Below, piece by piece: positions 35,297 through 48,900 of a stretch of 64,000 bases of DNA. The DNA comes from Phoronis australis. Taxonomy: Eukaryota; Animalia; Phoronida. The notes beneath the pieces are model-generated. The model was not told the DNA's origin. It saw nothing but the letters and a program-made list of their open reading frames with translations, and did no database searches. Location: the NCBI GenBank assembly GCA_002633005.1, contig NMRA01000491.1:1-64000 (forward strand), given 5' to 3'. Made by a program: the position numbers and the translations under genes. Numbering within the stretch: position 1 is the stretch's first letter; the number at the start of each line of letters is the position of its first letter.

Positions 35297-38200
35297 ATGT
35301 GTGCATAATTATGTATATATATTTATAAGACTGGTTTCAAAACAGTAAGTTGCCTAAATCAAAAGTGCGATCATTGTCCAGTTTTAAACGAATACAAGAC
35401 CTGCCCACAACTTCAATTGGACAGTAAACTTGAGAAGAGATGTAAAACAATTATTAAGTTGACACAATTATGTTGGGCAGCCATTCAACACAGTTCAGGG
35501 GGAGGCATGCTTCAGGGTTTTAAATAATTTGCCTTATAAGCAGGAATAATAACAAACTAAAGTACCTATTAGTGTTCTACTGGTCGGTCATGTGAATTGA
35601 CACAGAAACAGTGACAATACCCCTTGCCCCCAGTGACAGTGTTGAATGGTATCACCCCCACCCCTTGAGTTAGTCTACACCTTCTCCTACACCCATTTCC
35701 TGCATAGATAACCACTGAGTTGCCACGACAACACCCTCCCTCACATCCTTGCACACATCGCCTTAGTCTTACCTGATCCTTCAGTTCAGTCAGTTGTTGT
35801 GACAAGACTTGCACTAGTTTGTTGGTCGCTTCAAGTTGGCTCTGTAAGTTGCGTAGCTCGTTCTGTTCGTTCTCACCGTCGTCGGCTGCGAGGGACATGG
35901 CTCGCATGCGAGGGAACCAGTCCAGGTCACGGTTCTGAAAGGACCATAGTGTCATAGAACTAAGATGAACATGAAAACTGTGATGTGGATCATGACTTGC
36001 GTCACAGTTTTCATTTTCAACTTTCTCCTGTCATAGGACTCTGAAAAGCAATAACCATAGAAGCAGTACCGTGGATTCCAAAAGAGTTGCCACCACTCAA
36101 GAGTCTCCAGGAGGGCCCATTTGGAATAAAGGTGTGAAAAAGCCACCGCGTAGACATAGTGATAATGATGACTTGGGAAAAAATAAAATTAGTTAACATG
36201 TAGGACAAGCCTGGGTATTGAGCTGAATATCTACACATAACTATAAGTTTTCAACTTGGTAAAGGTACATATTTTCAACTTGGTAAAAGTACATATTTTC
36301 AACTTGGTAAAAGTACATATTTTCAACTTGGTAAAAGTACATATTTTCAACTTGGTAAAAGTACATATTATTTTCTGAGAGCAGAAAGCCATTAGAATTT
36401 CATTTTTGACTTTTTACCAATCTGCCTTTAATTGGGTCATGTGAACATGTCTTTTTACTGGGAAAAAGGAAAGGTACGGTGATAACAAAACATTTAAATA
36501 GTATGATCAAATTTTATTTGATATAAATGTTCACCCCGAGATCTCCAAAATGCTGTGGCAGTTTTCCAAAATGTTTCAGTTTTGTTTAAAAAAACAAACT
36601 TGGGCCTTTATCTAGGGTCTTACATAACCTTTAACGGGTTTGCTGGACCTTACACAGCTCAAGCTACCTAACCATTACAATTCACAACGACGCATCATCA
36701 GATTGACCTACTTTGATCATTGAGTAGACGTAGCTTTCGGGCCCCGTGAACTCTGTCGGGTCTTTGACCTTCACAAGAACGATGAAGTACAAGTAATGCC
36801 ACATGTTATGTTCTGAGCGCACGTGCTCCTCAAACGACACAGCTTTGTTGTCAAACGACGACCGATCCAAGCCTGCGAAGCACGTCATAAGCTAGGTTAG
36901 AACACTCTAGACCATTATGGGAATTAAAAAAAGCTTTTGATCGAGACTACTTATCGTATCAAATTGGTCTGGACATGTTTTCACAACAAAAACAAAGAAA
37001 TCACTGTGATATCAGAGCTTGGGAGAGCTGACAGTTTGTTATTGCTGACAGAGCAGGATCAGTAAGGTATGGCTGCTATGGTCTCAAGTGACAACAAACT
37101 GACAATTTTTGACAAGCCCAGGAAATCAATTTTACAACTGGGGTCTAAATCAAAACTTTGTGATAGAATGAAGGCTTACTGTGAATGTAACATATTTCCA
37201 AAACACGCATCACATTATCATGACCTGTGATGTAACTCACTATCCATTATCACCACTGTTGACTAACCTGCACACTTGTTATACAAAGACGAACTCTTAA
37301 ATCGAAAGCTTAAAATAAAATATTTCAACAAGTATTAAGGGATTCTAATGGGTCTGTGAACTTCTACAATCCCTACATGACCACAATATTATGTTAATGA
37401 GACTCTTCCGAGTTTTGTACCCTAAAAGGTATATTGCAACATAACAAAGACCAACCAATCATACCATAGCTATTGGCCATTTGAGTCTTTGTATGTCACA
37501 CTCAAGTCAGAAAGATAATAAAATGACACATAGATAATGAAATTTGTTACCTTCTATTTTCAAAATTTTGTGAAATTCCCAATATGTGCAGTGCTATTAA
37601 GGTATTAAGTTTATGGATGGTGGCCATGGATACCGGGATTAAAAAATATACGATACAAACCACAGATGAAGCACGTATTTTTCAATATTTCGTCTTTCTG
37701 TTGTTTTTCACTCCTGAGGTCAGCAAACGTGTCAATGATGACACCAAATATGAGGTTGAGAACGATGATGATGACGATGACGAAGAATAAAAGATCGTAG
37801 ATGACACGGAACATGAACAGAGGCTCCTGTGGGCAGAGATGGGAAACATGCAGTCAATAGTGCCTAACATTTCTACATAGCTTCAGTCGGACAGCTCTCT
37901 CAAAACGTCAAAGTCTATCGAACTTTGAAAAACTTTATGATGCAAGAATTACTTAGCAATGAAATGAAATTTCTATCCCAGTGAAATTGTAATGCTGTCC
38001 AACTTCAGTTGTAACTTAGAAGTTAAAATGCACAAAAAGGCACATATTTTTAAGTCACAGTGGGCAAACAGGTATAGAGATTTCAGACTTTGAAGCAATT
38101 TAGCAATAACCGAAACAATTTTTTTTCAAAGTAAAAAAGATATTTAGCATAAATTTAGTTGGTCTAGCTTTAATCAAAGTTCGGCACACACAATTCTTAA

Positions 38201-41200
38201 AGCTAATGCCAACTAAGACTCACTTCAGACCCCCATTTTCACCAACAGCAGCACCATATGTTGGAGTTGGATAGCCTCAGGATAACAACTTTCATGGTTT
38301 CAGGCCATTTTCACCAACACCAATGCCACCTGTTGGAGGTGGATGGCACCAGGTTAACAAGTTCAACTTACATTACTACTAGGTTTGCGTAGGACGTCCC
38401 CTATCCCTCCTCCATTTCGCAATCCTTCATTGAGCGTGGTTACTATGCACATGATGAGAGAATCACAGGCCCGCTCCTGTGCAGTGTCATCGCCACCCTC
38501 TCCACCAGGGGAAGTCGACAACATCTTCTCGATGTTTGCTGCAGAATAAGAATCTTATTCAAACACGGCATCCCTTTCCGTGGGTCTGTTGTGAGCAGTC
38601 CTCAACAATTTGCACACAGAGATTATTTTAGAATGCAAACACTTGCACATTAAAATTATTCTGTCATACTTAGCTTCCACATGTTCACACCCATTAGTAT
38701 TAATTATAAACTGCGGCTTGCAAGATTTTGATCCGTTCACTTTTCATTTGTAATTGCATGGATTTTTAACCCAATATACAATGAACACGCGCATTTAAAC
38801 ATACAGGTTCCGTTATTTCCCTTGATCAGATATGAACCAAGAAATGTCTCCTCAAACGTGGCCTTGTGTTGGTACACACACACTTGATACCACAATAAAT
38901 TCATTTCCTTCAGTCCCACCTGTGTCATTACTGTCCACCAGTTTCCTTGTTGACCCATCAGGACAGCCATCCTTAGTGGTGCAGGTTCCATTGTTTGCCA
39001 CTGTAGCAGCACCAGTCATCCCTGTGGCGCTCGCTACAACCGTGGCTGCTGTTCTTATGACATCTGTTGATGCAAGATCAAGTTAAAATTCAGAGCAGAA
39101 TTGAAATTACTCAAATAAAAAATATGTGGGAAAAGATGAAATTTTTGATAGCTTTTATTCCAGGAAATGAGCCAAGGAGGCAGATGTGGAACATGAAAGT
39201 GACAAGAGGTCTGTTCAAAAATGTGTTATGCTAATACTTGGACACAACAAAGGGCAAGTGTTTCAATTCGTCAGTAGAAAAGAGCCTCATAACTCGATTT
39301 CACAACAAATTCAACTTAAGCCCAAACCTATTATCACAAATACGTGACTACTGATAAACAGTGAAATTATGGTTAAGGAAGACATAAAGAAAATAAACTG
39401 CAGTGACTATAATACATCAGTTGTGAACATTAATAATACAACAGTTGTGAACATTATTATACATCAGTTGTGGGCATTATTATACATCAGTTTTGAACAT
39501 TAATAATACATCAGTTGTGAACATTAATAATACATCAGTTGTGAACTATTGACTAATTCAATGAGATAGTTATATTTGCAATAACTAAAACCTAACACCA
39601 ACTAAAATACTAATTCTGTAATTAACTAATACTTAACACTTAAAACCGAAATAATGGCAACGATTCACAAGTACTCGTGCCACTAAAAAATCAACATGAA
39701 AAAGACACCTCTTCTTGGTCAGGAGTGACACTTCATTAAACCCTACGCCGTGCTAGGCACCCACCTGAGTTGACTGGCATTGAGCTGACCTCCAACAGGA
39801 AGTCGTCTTGGAAGAAGATGAAGCCAACAATAGAGAAGATGTAGATGAGGATGACCGCCAGGACAGTGGTCATCCAGATGGACCGAAAATTCTTGGTTAC
39901 TGACCGGATCACATTCCTGAGTGTCTCCTCTTGATACACGATATCAGTTAACTGCAAGCAACATAATGACAGAGTTTGATGATATGATATTTATCAATTG
40001 CAAGCAGCATTGAGAGTCTGATACATAATATCAAGTCAGCAGCCAGTAGTACCAGATTTTGATATAAAATATAGGGCAGATGCAAGCAACATCAGAGTAT
40101 TTTTATTCTTGGTAACACAATGTAAAGCATTATGGAAAAAGTTCTTGAACTTGGGACAAAGATAATTGCTGAAATGGACATAATTTCTATTTTTCAGACG
40201 TTTACAACATAGCTGCAAATGCCCAAATTTCAAACCACATTAAAAGCAAGCTAATTTTTCATGAAGTTATATTTTTGTTGAGAAATTTGACAAAATGTAC
40301 TTTCACCTATCCAAGATATTGTGTCCTACTGAACAATTTTTCGCGTAATCTTATAACTTACCAACAGACTGTAAAAGAACTCATGAACACAAAGGCCCAG
40401 TACACACAGCAGAAGGTAACCAGCATTGTACACAAAGTCAAAATCTATCAGAATCTGAGACGTGGGCTTCATGAGGGTGCCATGGTTACCAAGTAGGCTG
40501 ACAATGAAAATGAACTTGTTGATGACCTGCAACAGAGGGAGACAACTCTCAAATTTGGAAACCGCGATGCATTGTGCATGCTGTGAGCCATGTTGACGTT
40601 ACGAGCAATGTTGACTTGCCTAAAAGAAAAATGATTGCATCAACTGAATGTATTGAAATTCATCTGATAATCAGATGCCAACCAACGGGTTATTTTCATG
40701 AAGGTGAACTTGTTAATAGCCTGCAACAGATGGAGACAACCCTGGAGATGCACTGTGCACAACATGAGCAATTTTAACATAAACTAAACTAGAATGCATA
40801 ACGCATAATGAATGGAAATTTATCCGATAATCAGATGCCAACCAATGGGTTATTTCCGCATTGCCCACTAACGGTTTTCTAGAAGCAAATGTCTGAGGCA
40901 TCATAGGAGTATAAATTGATAAATGGACGAGTTAAAAAGCAGAAATCACAGTATTTTGTAATGTTTTGAATTTCCCAAATTTGTGATGTTGCTCTGGTTT
41001 GTTGGTTTTTATAGCAAGCAAATTAGCAGAAAAAAAAACAGGTTTATAAAGGTGGGAAAGTTCCATTAAGGTTAAGCAGAACCTAGAGAAATGTCCACAT
41101 TTGGCCAACTTCGGAACATCTGATATCAAAAATGGCTGACTGGATTCATAAGAAACATCCAATTGCTTTTGAAATCTCAACTGTTGCCTAATGGGCTATC

Positions 41201-41495
41201 AAAAATAGGACTTCATCATGTTATTAAAAAATTTTTAAAGTTGCATAAAAGAAAACAAGAATAACTTAGAAAAACTGCAACAGTACTTTTGAGATTTTAT
41301 CTTGGACATTTACAAAAAACTGAAGTTAAACTTTGAGCGAATCAAATTCTACAGGATTTTTATTTCAGATTCATTCGAAGTTACAATCAGTCTGGTTTTT
41401 TGCATATAAAATATTTTTATTCCTAAATACACTAAGATATACAACAATGACATGTATGCAAATGGAACACAGGTCCACACACACGCACACACGCA

Positions 41496-41527
<32 letters not shown>

Positions 41528-44500
41528 CACACATCTAAATAACAGAACTTCATGGTTGATCTAATCTAAATAAGTATTGAGGGTTTAACAAAAGGCAGTT
41601 TTACAGGGTTGTACATTTCTTACTTTACAATAATTATACAAGAAACATTGAAACTGTGAATATCTAGGAATAATCTGGTCTCTTGAACATGTATGGATGA
41701 AATACTGGCAAATAGTTAATATGGTATTAATATCTTCAAAATTACATCCTAAATATGCTGTCAAAATAAAATTTTTATCTCAGATTAAATCGTGTTGTGC
41801 AGTTACGTAAATTAAAAGTTTCCGAATTTCACCCCCCAAAGTTTTCACAGAGCCACATTCCACAAACATACGGTTAAAAGTTTCAACAATTCCACAAGAT
41901 GCACACTTGTCATCACTTACTAAGTTCATCTTTTTCAAATTATGTTTTGTAAACCCTTTTCTATGAATATAGAAATATAATAAAGGTTTTAACATAAGTA
42001 GGTAACAAAAGTTTGTGTGGAAGGACATTAAATTTGTTTAATTCGTTGTCGAGAGTAAATATCAGTTAAGCTGTACTCTATGTCAGGAGGTGAAACAATT
42101 TTGGAAAGCAAAATATTTCTAGAAAACACAATTTCGCTTCCCTAGAGAGTATGTATGCATTTTGAAATCGAAGGATCAGCTTTCAACTTAATCGCACGTC
42201 TCAAAGCAGCATAATGTATCCAATTTGACAGTTTATGTCATATTTTTCAAAACCTCCCATGTCAGAAATTTATTTCCAAAATTCAAAATATCCTTCAAAA
42301 AATACCAGCCTCAAAGAAACTATTAAATAATACATTCCTCCTATTAATCAATATGTTTTTGTTATTCCACACTACTTGGTTCACAATTGTTATGTTCTTA
42401 TGCAAATGAGCACAAATTTCTTACGAAGCAATCAAGATGTCAAGATAACATTTGGAAGAGACAGCAAATTACAATCATAATTTGATTTAAAAATAAAAAT
42501 ACCCCCATGTTTTGAAAACATACCTCGGAAACACTTTGAAAACTTCAATGTTTCCATCAAAGCAACGCATAACTCACTTAACTAGTAATGACTTGTACAT
42601 AATATTTTTATATCAGGAACTGACAAACCACCATTTTCATATTATTTATACGGGCTGTAAGAATTTTTTTAAGTATTTTACAATCAGTATTCAATAGAGA
42701 TATTGGACGCCAATTATCCAAGGACTGGTTAATAATACAAAGACTTGTCGATAAGGTTTTACATGACTTTAAGTTTTTGTTCTACTAGATAAATGTGTCA
42801 GAGAATAGCTTCACAACTGCCTCTAAAACGGGGGGTGTAATTTGTGGGATAAATTAATTTTACATCACAATCTACTTAAAAAAGGCCAAACCAGTTCATA
42901 AATCTATTTTATCCTGATAGACTGTCCCGAGTAGAAATCACGCCCACTCGGTTCCCAAGTAGCCAGCACGCCCACTCGGTCCAGTCGAAATTCCTGAGAA
43001 AACTGCAAGTATTTCTTGTGTGGATGACGTGCCATTTCACACCAGTACAAATTACTTTCTTCTGTGGATGACGTGCCATTTCACACCAGTACAAATTACT
43101 TTCTTCTGTGGATGACATGCCATTTCACACCAGTACAAATTACTTTCTTGTGTGGATGACGTGTCATTTCACACCAGTACAAATTACTTTCTTGTGTGGA
43201 TGACGTGTCATTTCACACCAGTACAAATTACTTTCTTGTGTGGATGACGTGTCATTTCACACCAGTACAAATTATGCTGGTCTTGTCAACATACACGGCA
43301 TGGAATGACCAATGACAAAAAAGAAGAAAATTTTTCAAGTGAAGTATTGCTCTACAAATTTAAAAATTAATGGATTTATGTGACAGAAACATTTTTAGTG
43401 TTGTAAAACTTAACTGCAAGAAAATTTTTCCATGAATAAAGACAAAATAATGATAAAAAAGAGGAAACTGGAAATGAAATTAGAGGAAATCAAAACCAAA
43501 ACCAAAGAAGAGGAAATCCTCTAAACAGAGGAAAGTTCTGAGACCTGAATACAAAAGATTCTTTAGAAACAAGACATTCATTATTGGCCCAAACGGTGTG
43601 AGTGGGTAACAACCCATTCAAATCCATTATAAAAAGTCTGTCCAGTTGATAGTCCATCAAGTCTTTGAGTTTGAACCACGGCCACTTTGTGTTATTGTTT
43701 CTGTTAACTCACATTTAACAACCCCAGTATTAGCAGGGTATTCTGAAGTCCGAGTGAAAACACCACTCTCAGTATTGTGGAGACGAACAGCGTACGTAGA
43801 CTGGCTGGACTGGGCAAGGTAATGACAATCACCAAGGAGACGACCATCGCTGTCCAGATGAGACCAGACAGACGGGGGTCTAGGTCTGAAACAGTTACAG
43901 TAACAGTACAGCTGCAAGAAACAGAAAGTCTAAATAATATTCAACCTTAGTGTGTATTTAGTAAAATCATTGTAGCAGGAAAAATGTAAAATTATTTACC
44001 TCAGCTATCAAAAAAAACAACTTATACTTGACTTGACATAAATACAAACATTGTACAAATCCACTTTTTGGCAGACCCTTTTCCTACCCATGCAGGGCAC
44101 TTCCAAAAATTGTGTATTCTGACAAGAATTTAATTTTACGGACCATCCACCTTCAAGAGTCTATAAATTTAAAAAGGCATTCTTTTGACAGAACTTCTCT
44201 TTCTGTCATGAAAAGAACGTCAGTAAAAATGTTGATTTTGCAGTATATAAATAGACTTAGTCTTAAAAGCGGACACAAGCCATTGACCCTCTACTCCAGA
44301 ACACATTTGGAATACTTTCCAAGTCAAACATGAGAATGACCTACGGTTGGTTTCATGAAAAGTGACCTAAGACTTAAATCATAAATTTGATCTCACAATT
44401 CTTTTCCAAAAATAATCAACTCTGACATGAGATAATTTCAACAAGTTATTTTTATACTACGACGCACTCATAATTACTGCACTAAATCTTTATTCAATAA

Positions 44501-45882
44501 TTCTCGCCTTCCACATTGATCGTTATTCCATGCTGTGAAGTACCACTGTGACAATAGATATGGAGATTCACATGTTGGCATCAGTCATCTGAATACCTTA
44601 TATCTTTAAGTAATGCCCGTGAAAGTATTCCTGCTGTGTCATGGATTGTAATGCCGATTCAAGGAACTGGGATAAGCTGTTTAAATATTCATAGATGCGG
44701 GATGTCACATTTCATCCCGTCCTGATGGTTCCCGAACAACAAAATATGGCAAAGCCCGTTGTGCGCACAGTGCCACCGTTACAATCAATATAATCTTACC
44801 TCAAGGCCGAGAAGAGCGGGAGTGCGGAACTGTGGAGTGAGAGCGTTCGGTCAAATTTCTGCTCTAAGTCCAATGCCACATCATGAAACAAGCGCTGTTG
44901 TGGCAATTCTTTGCCTTAGCAGACAATATGGCGGACGATTGAAATTTTATTTAGTCAAATTTTCCCACAAAAGTATAGATCAAGAAAATTCTAGTCTATT
45001 GTTAGCTTGGGATGCGTCGTGCAGACGCCATAAAACAATATTTACAGCATTTACAGCAATGTAATCAGCTTTTGAAAAATGGAAAAATTACAATTTTTGC
45101 AATGATTTACCAAGCACATGACAAGACAAAAGGTGCAACGTAAAACACAAGGTCATGAAATATTTACCTCTGGTTGAACTGTTGAATGGATAGAAAAATG
45201 CGATCATAATATTGATGAGAATGGTGAAGTTGAAGGAAATTATTGACCAAAGATTGAGGTGGCGACTGATCCAGTACAGGCTGTGATTGGCTGAAATGAA
45301 ATGAACACATGCAGAGAAGTGGGAGTGGTTAAGAGTGCTCAAAAGAAATAGAATAAGTAAGGTGCTCCATGACTCACATTGTACTGTTATGTTATTTCAC
45401 ATAATCTGGTGTCAAAATTATAAACAGCATGGCGTGACATCAATGTTAACCTCACCATAAATGCAAGTTTGGCCGAACACTTCCCCGACTTCTATCTCAG
45501 AGTACTTTCATAATGGTGGTCACAACGTAAAAAATGTCCAAAGCTCATTGCGATTATGACAGATACACAGTACATTTAGTTATGTACTATTAATAAACTA
45601 ATTTCATTCAAGTATAGTCGAACAGACGGATAGGCCATAGGAGATTTCAAAATCAACCTGTAAGCATGTACAAAAAGGTACACGCAAAATTCAACCATAC
45701 CTTGTGAAAATTTGTGACCAACTCACAGACATACAATTTTTATAATTATTTCGCATGTCTGTTGCATAATGTGTACGTACTACTTGCTCACAAGCAGAAA
45801 TAATGCTAATTTTATTATTGATGTCATGTCAATTTTGTTATGACTAATTATAATAAATAATAAGAATAATAATCAGTAATGA

Positions 45883-45913
<31 letters not shown>

Positions 45914-48900
45914 GCAACAACAACAACAACAACACATATTATAATTATTTTTACCTCTAAGCTTCTTCTGCCACTTCATTTCACCCAGCATAACCTCGTG
46001 TCGTTCAAAGAAGTCGGACACCTTGCTGCCCTGATCGTCCCTCTCAGCTGTAGTATACACCTTCAATTTGGTGTCCTCTGTCAGGTACTCACAGATCTCT
46101 GGGATGGGGAACACAATCTGCTCCATGGTGCGGTCCTGCCGCACAATCTGACAACAACAATGGAGAACAATTATCACTCCCAGCATGCCTATTCAAAACC
46201 CATATGGGTAATAAAATAATGATTTCCGCCAAGACCATAAACCCTTTGTTAAGCTATGTTTAGTAGCACAGTCCAACTGGGACTGTTGCCTCCCTAAGAA
46301 CAGGGTTCACAAACCACTTCTTACATCTTAATTTCAAAAGGCCTATTGTGTGTTAACGACACCCATGATTCAAAACAAAATGCTAAGCCATTAATTACCC
46401 CTCTATTCCCAAAATGATCAAAGAACATTATTGTAAGACTTGTAATTATTTTGATTATAATCAAAGAGAAATTAACTCATTTGAAGAGGACAACTAATTA
46501 TAGGTATAACATCAATAATAACAATAACAATAATGATAAAGTTAATTAGTGCCACCAGAGGTTGGGTACAGAAAATCTATTTGAAGCTTTGTGATTAAAA
46601 AACCTGAGAAATGCAGTAAGCCTCAATAAGAGGTGCGTGACTCAAATGTGCAGTGTCTGAGTATGTCAAGTAACCTTTTTGGACCACCCTTTGGATGACA
46701 CCGAATCAAAAACCAATCTTAGCTAACTCATACATATTCTAGAACACAAAATTCAATTGGAAATACATTTTGCAGCAGCTGAAGTTGCAGGCGAAGCGTA
46801 TTACTTAAAATTTAACTTTTAAAATTTTAAGTTAGATACAAGTATTCCCGGTGACTTCATCTCATGTTCGAAAATGAAGGAATGACTAAAAGTTCTACTC
46901 TTTGCGTTTTGAATGCTTACCTTGTTGTTAGTTAATATTATGGGATGGCAACAGCATACTGTGCAACCTCAACAACGCAGGACACAATATGAGACAGACG
47001 ACAACTGAATTATAGCTTTTCATTTTTTTATAAAAAACACGTTTCATTAAACCAATGCTTTACCATGCTCAAGTTCTGCACCATAGTTACCATAAGAAAA
47101 CATTTTGAAAAAATTTGAGCCTCCACAACATTGTTAGAATACTTTGAAAAACAAAAGAGCTAATTTTGGCAATTATTTTTGTCCAAAATTGGTGAGATTT
47201 TACTGTTAGTGTAAGTCATGCTAATAATGGAATTACAAAACTATGGCAGTAGTCAGCAACAGTCCCGGCAAATGTACAGGATCTTCTTTTACTTACAACT
47301 TCAAAATGAGAAGACAGTGATCCCTCTCACCTCAGTCTGTGCTGTGCGCTTGGCAGTAATGCAATGCCTGACAGTCCTGATCATACACACCCCATAGTGT
47401 CCCTCCTCACCTCATTCTGTGCTGTATGCTGGCATAATGTTCCAATACCTGACAGCCCTGTTCATTCACACCTCTAGTGTCCCCCCTCACCTCAATCTGT
47501 GCTGTATGCTGGCATAATGTTCCAATACCTTACAGCCCTGATCATACACACTCCTAGTGTCCCCCCCCCTCACCTCAATCTGTGCAGTATGCTTGGCATA
47601 GTGTTCCAATGCCTGACAGCCCTGATCAAGTACTCCCTCATTTGCACTGGATGGCTTCAGGTGGTCGGCTAATTCCTTGTTATGATGTGACAACTGAAGA
47701 AACAGAGATCATACAAAATATTAACATGTCAAGCACAATTTCATTAATAAAAAATGAGCATCAATTTTATCAAAAGAGCCTTTTCCAAGGAAAATATTTG
47801 ATTTTGTAACTTCATAACTACACTAAATTGCTTTAGACAGAGTAATTTGCTGGAAGGAATCTTAACCACAGGCCAGGAATTGACTACACTCATATTAAAA
47901 GCTCAAATCAAAGAATGAAGTTGCAAAGGCAGTCACTTTAACCACCTGATAGTGTTAACAAACAAGTGAGAGGTTTAGTGCTGCCACCTGATGGGCCAGG
48001 ATGTAAATGTTGTGCCCCACATCCTTAGGAGAAGCCCCACCCTCTTCCTCCTTTTCATCATCATCGTCTGCATACTCCTCCTCTGAGTGGTCGTCTTGGT
48101 GGAACGCATTCTTAGAGACATCCACCTGTAGGTGTGATTGACAGATGTGACACATAGGTGGGCGGAGTCAAGAGAAAAAAAATCTACAACACAGAGCAGG
48201 CAACCCAGCAGACCATCACGTTTATGACACATAAGTCTAGCAAAGAATGAAAAATTAATGTAGACAAGAGTCTTAATATGAAATATTAAATCATAAGCAG
48301 ACAGAAAACTACCCAGATTTGTTAGATAAAATACACAGCGTAGCACTTTATAACAGTTCAACAAGCTTCTAAAAACAACGGAAGGGATTAGTCAAAATTC
48401 TGTGCAGTGAGATACCCATAATGCATCTTGAATTGTTAAAGTAATGTTAGTTAAGCTACTTATTGAGTATAGTCACACAAATTTAGTGAATACATTAGAG
48501 GCTGAAGACAGTCAAAATATCACTCCTTATCATGTATTAACGTTTGTTCAGAATGTTACCTTCACGTAAATCATATAATTGACAGAGTTTAATGTTATGT
48601 AGGACCCTAGAAAAATGTCCAATATGGCTAACTTTGGAACATCATATCTCAAAAATGACTGATTTGATGCATATGAAACTCAGATACTAAAGATTTATAC
48701 AAAAATTTCAAAATGCTGCTGGGAATTGTTTTTAAAATGTTCCATTCTTACATGAAATGAGGAGCTATCAAAAATAGTACTTTATGACTTTCATGGAAAA
48801 AATCAAAGATGCATAAATCAAAAGCCAGTCGATAAAATAGAAGAGCGTTAACTTCTTGAAATCTCAACGTGAAAATTTATATCAAATAAAATTTGAGCAT

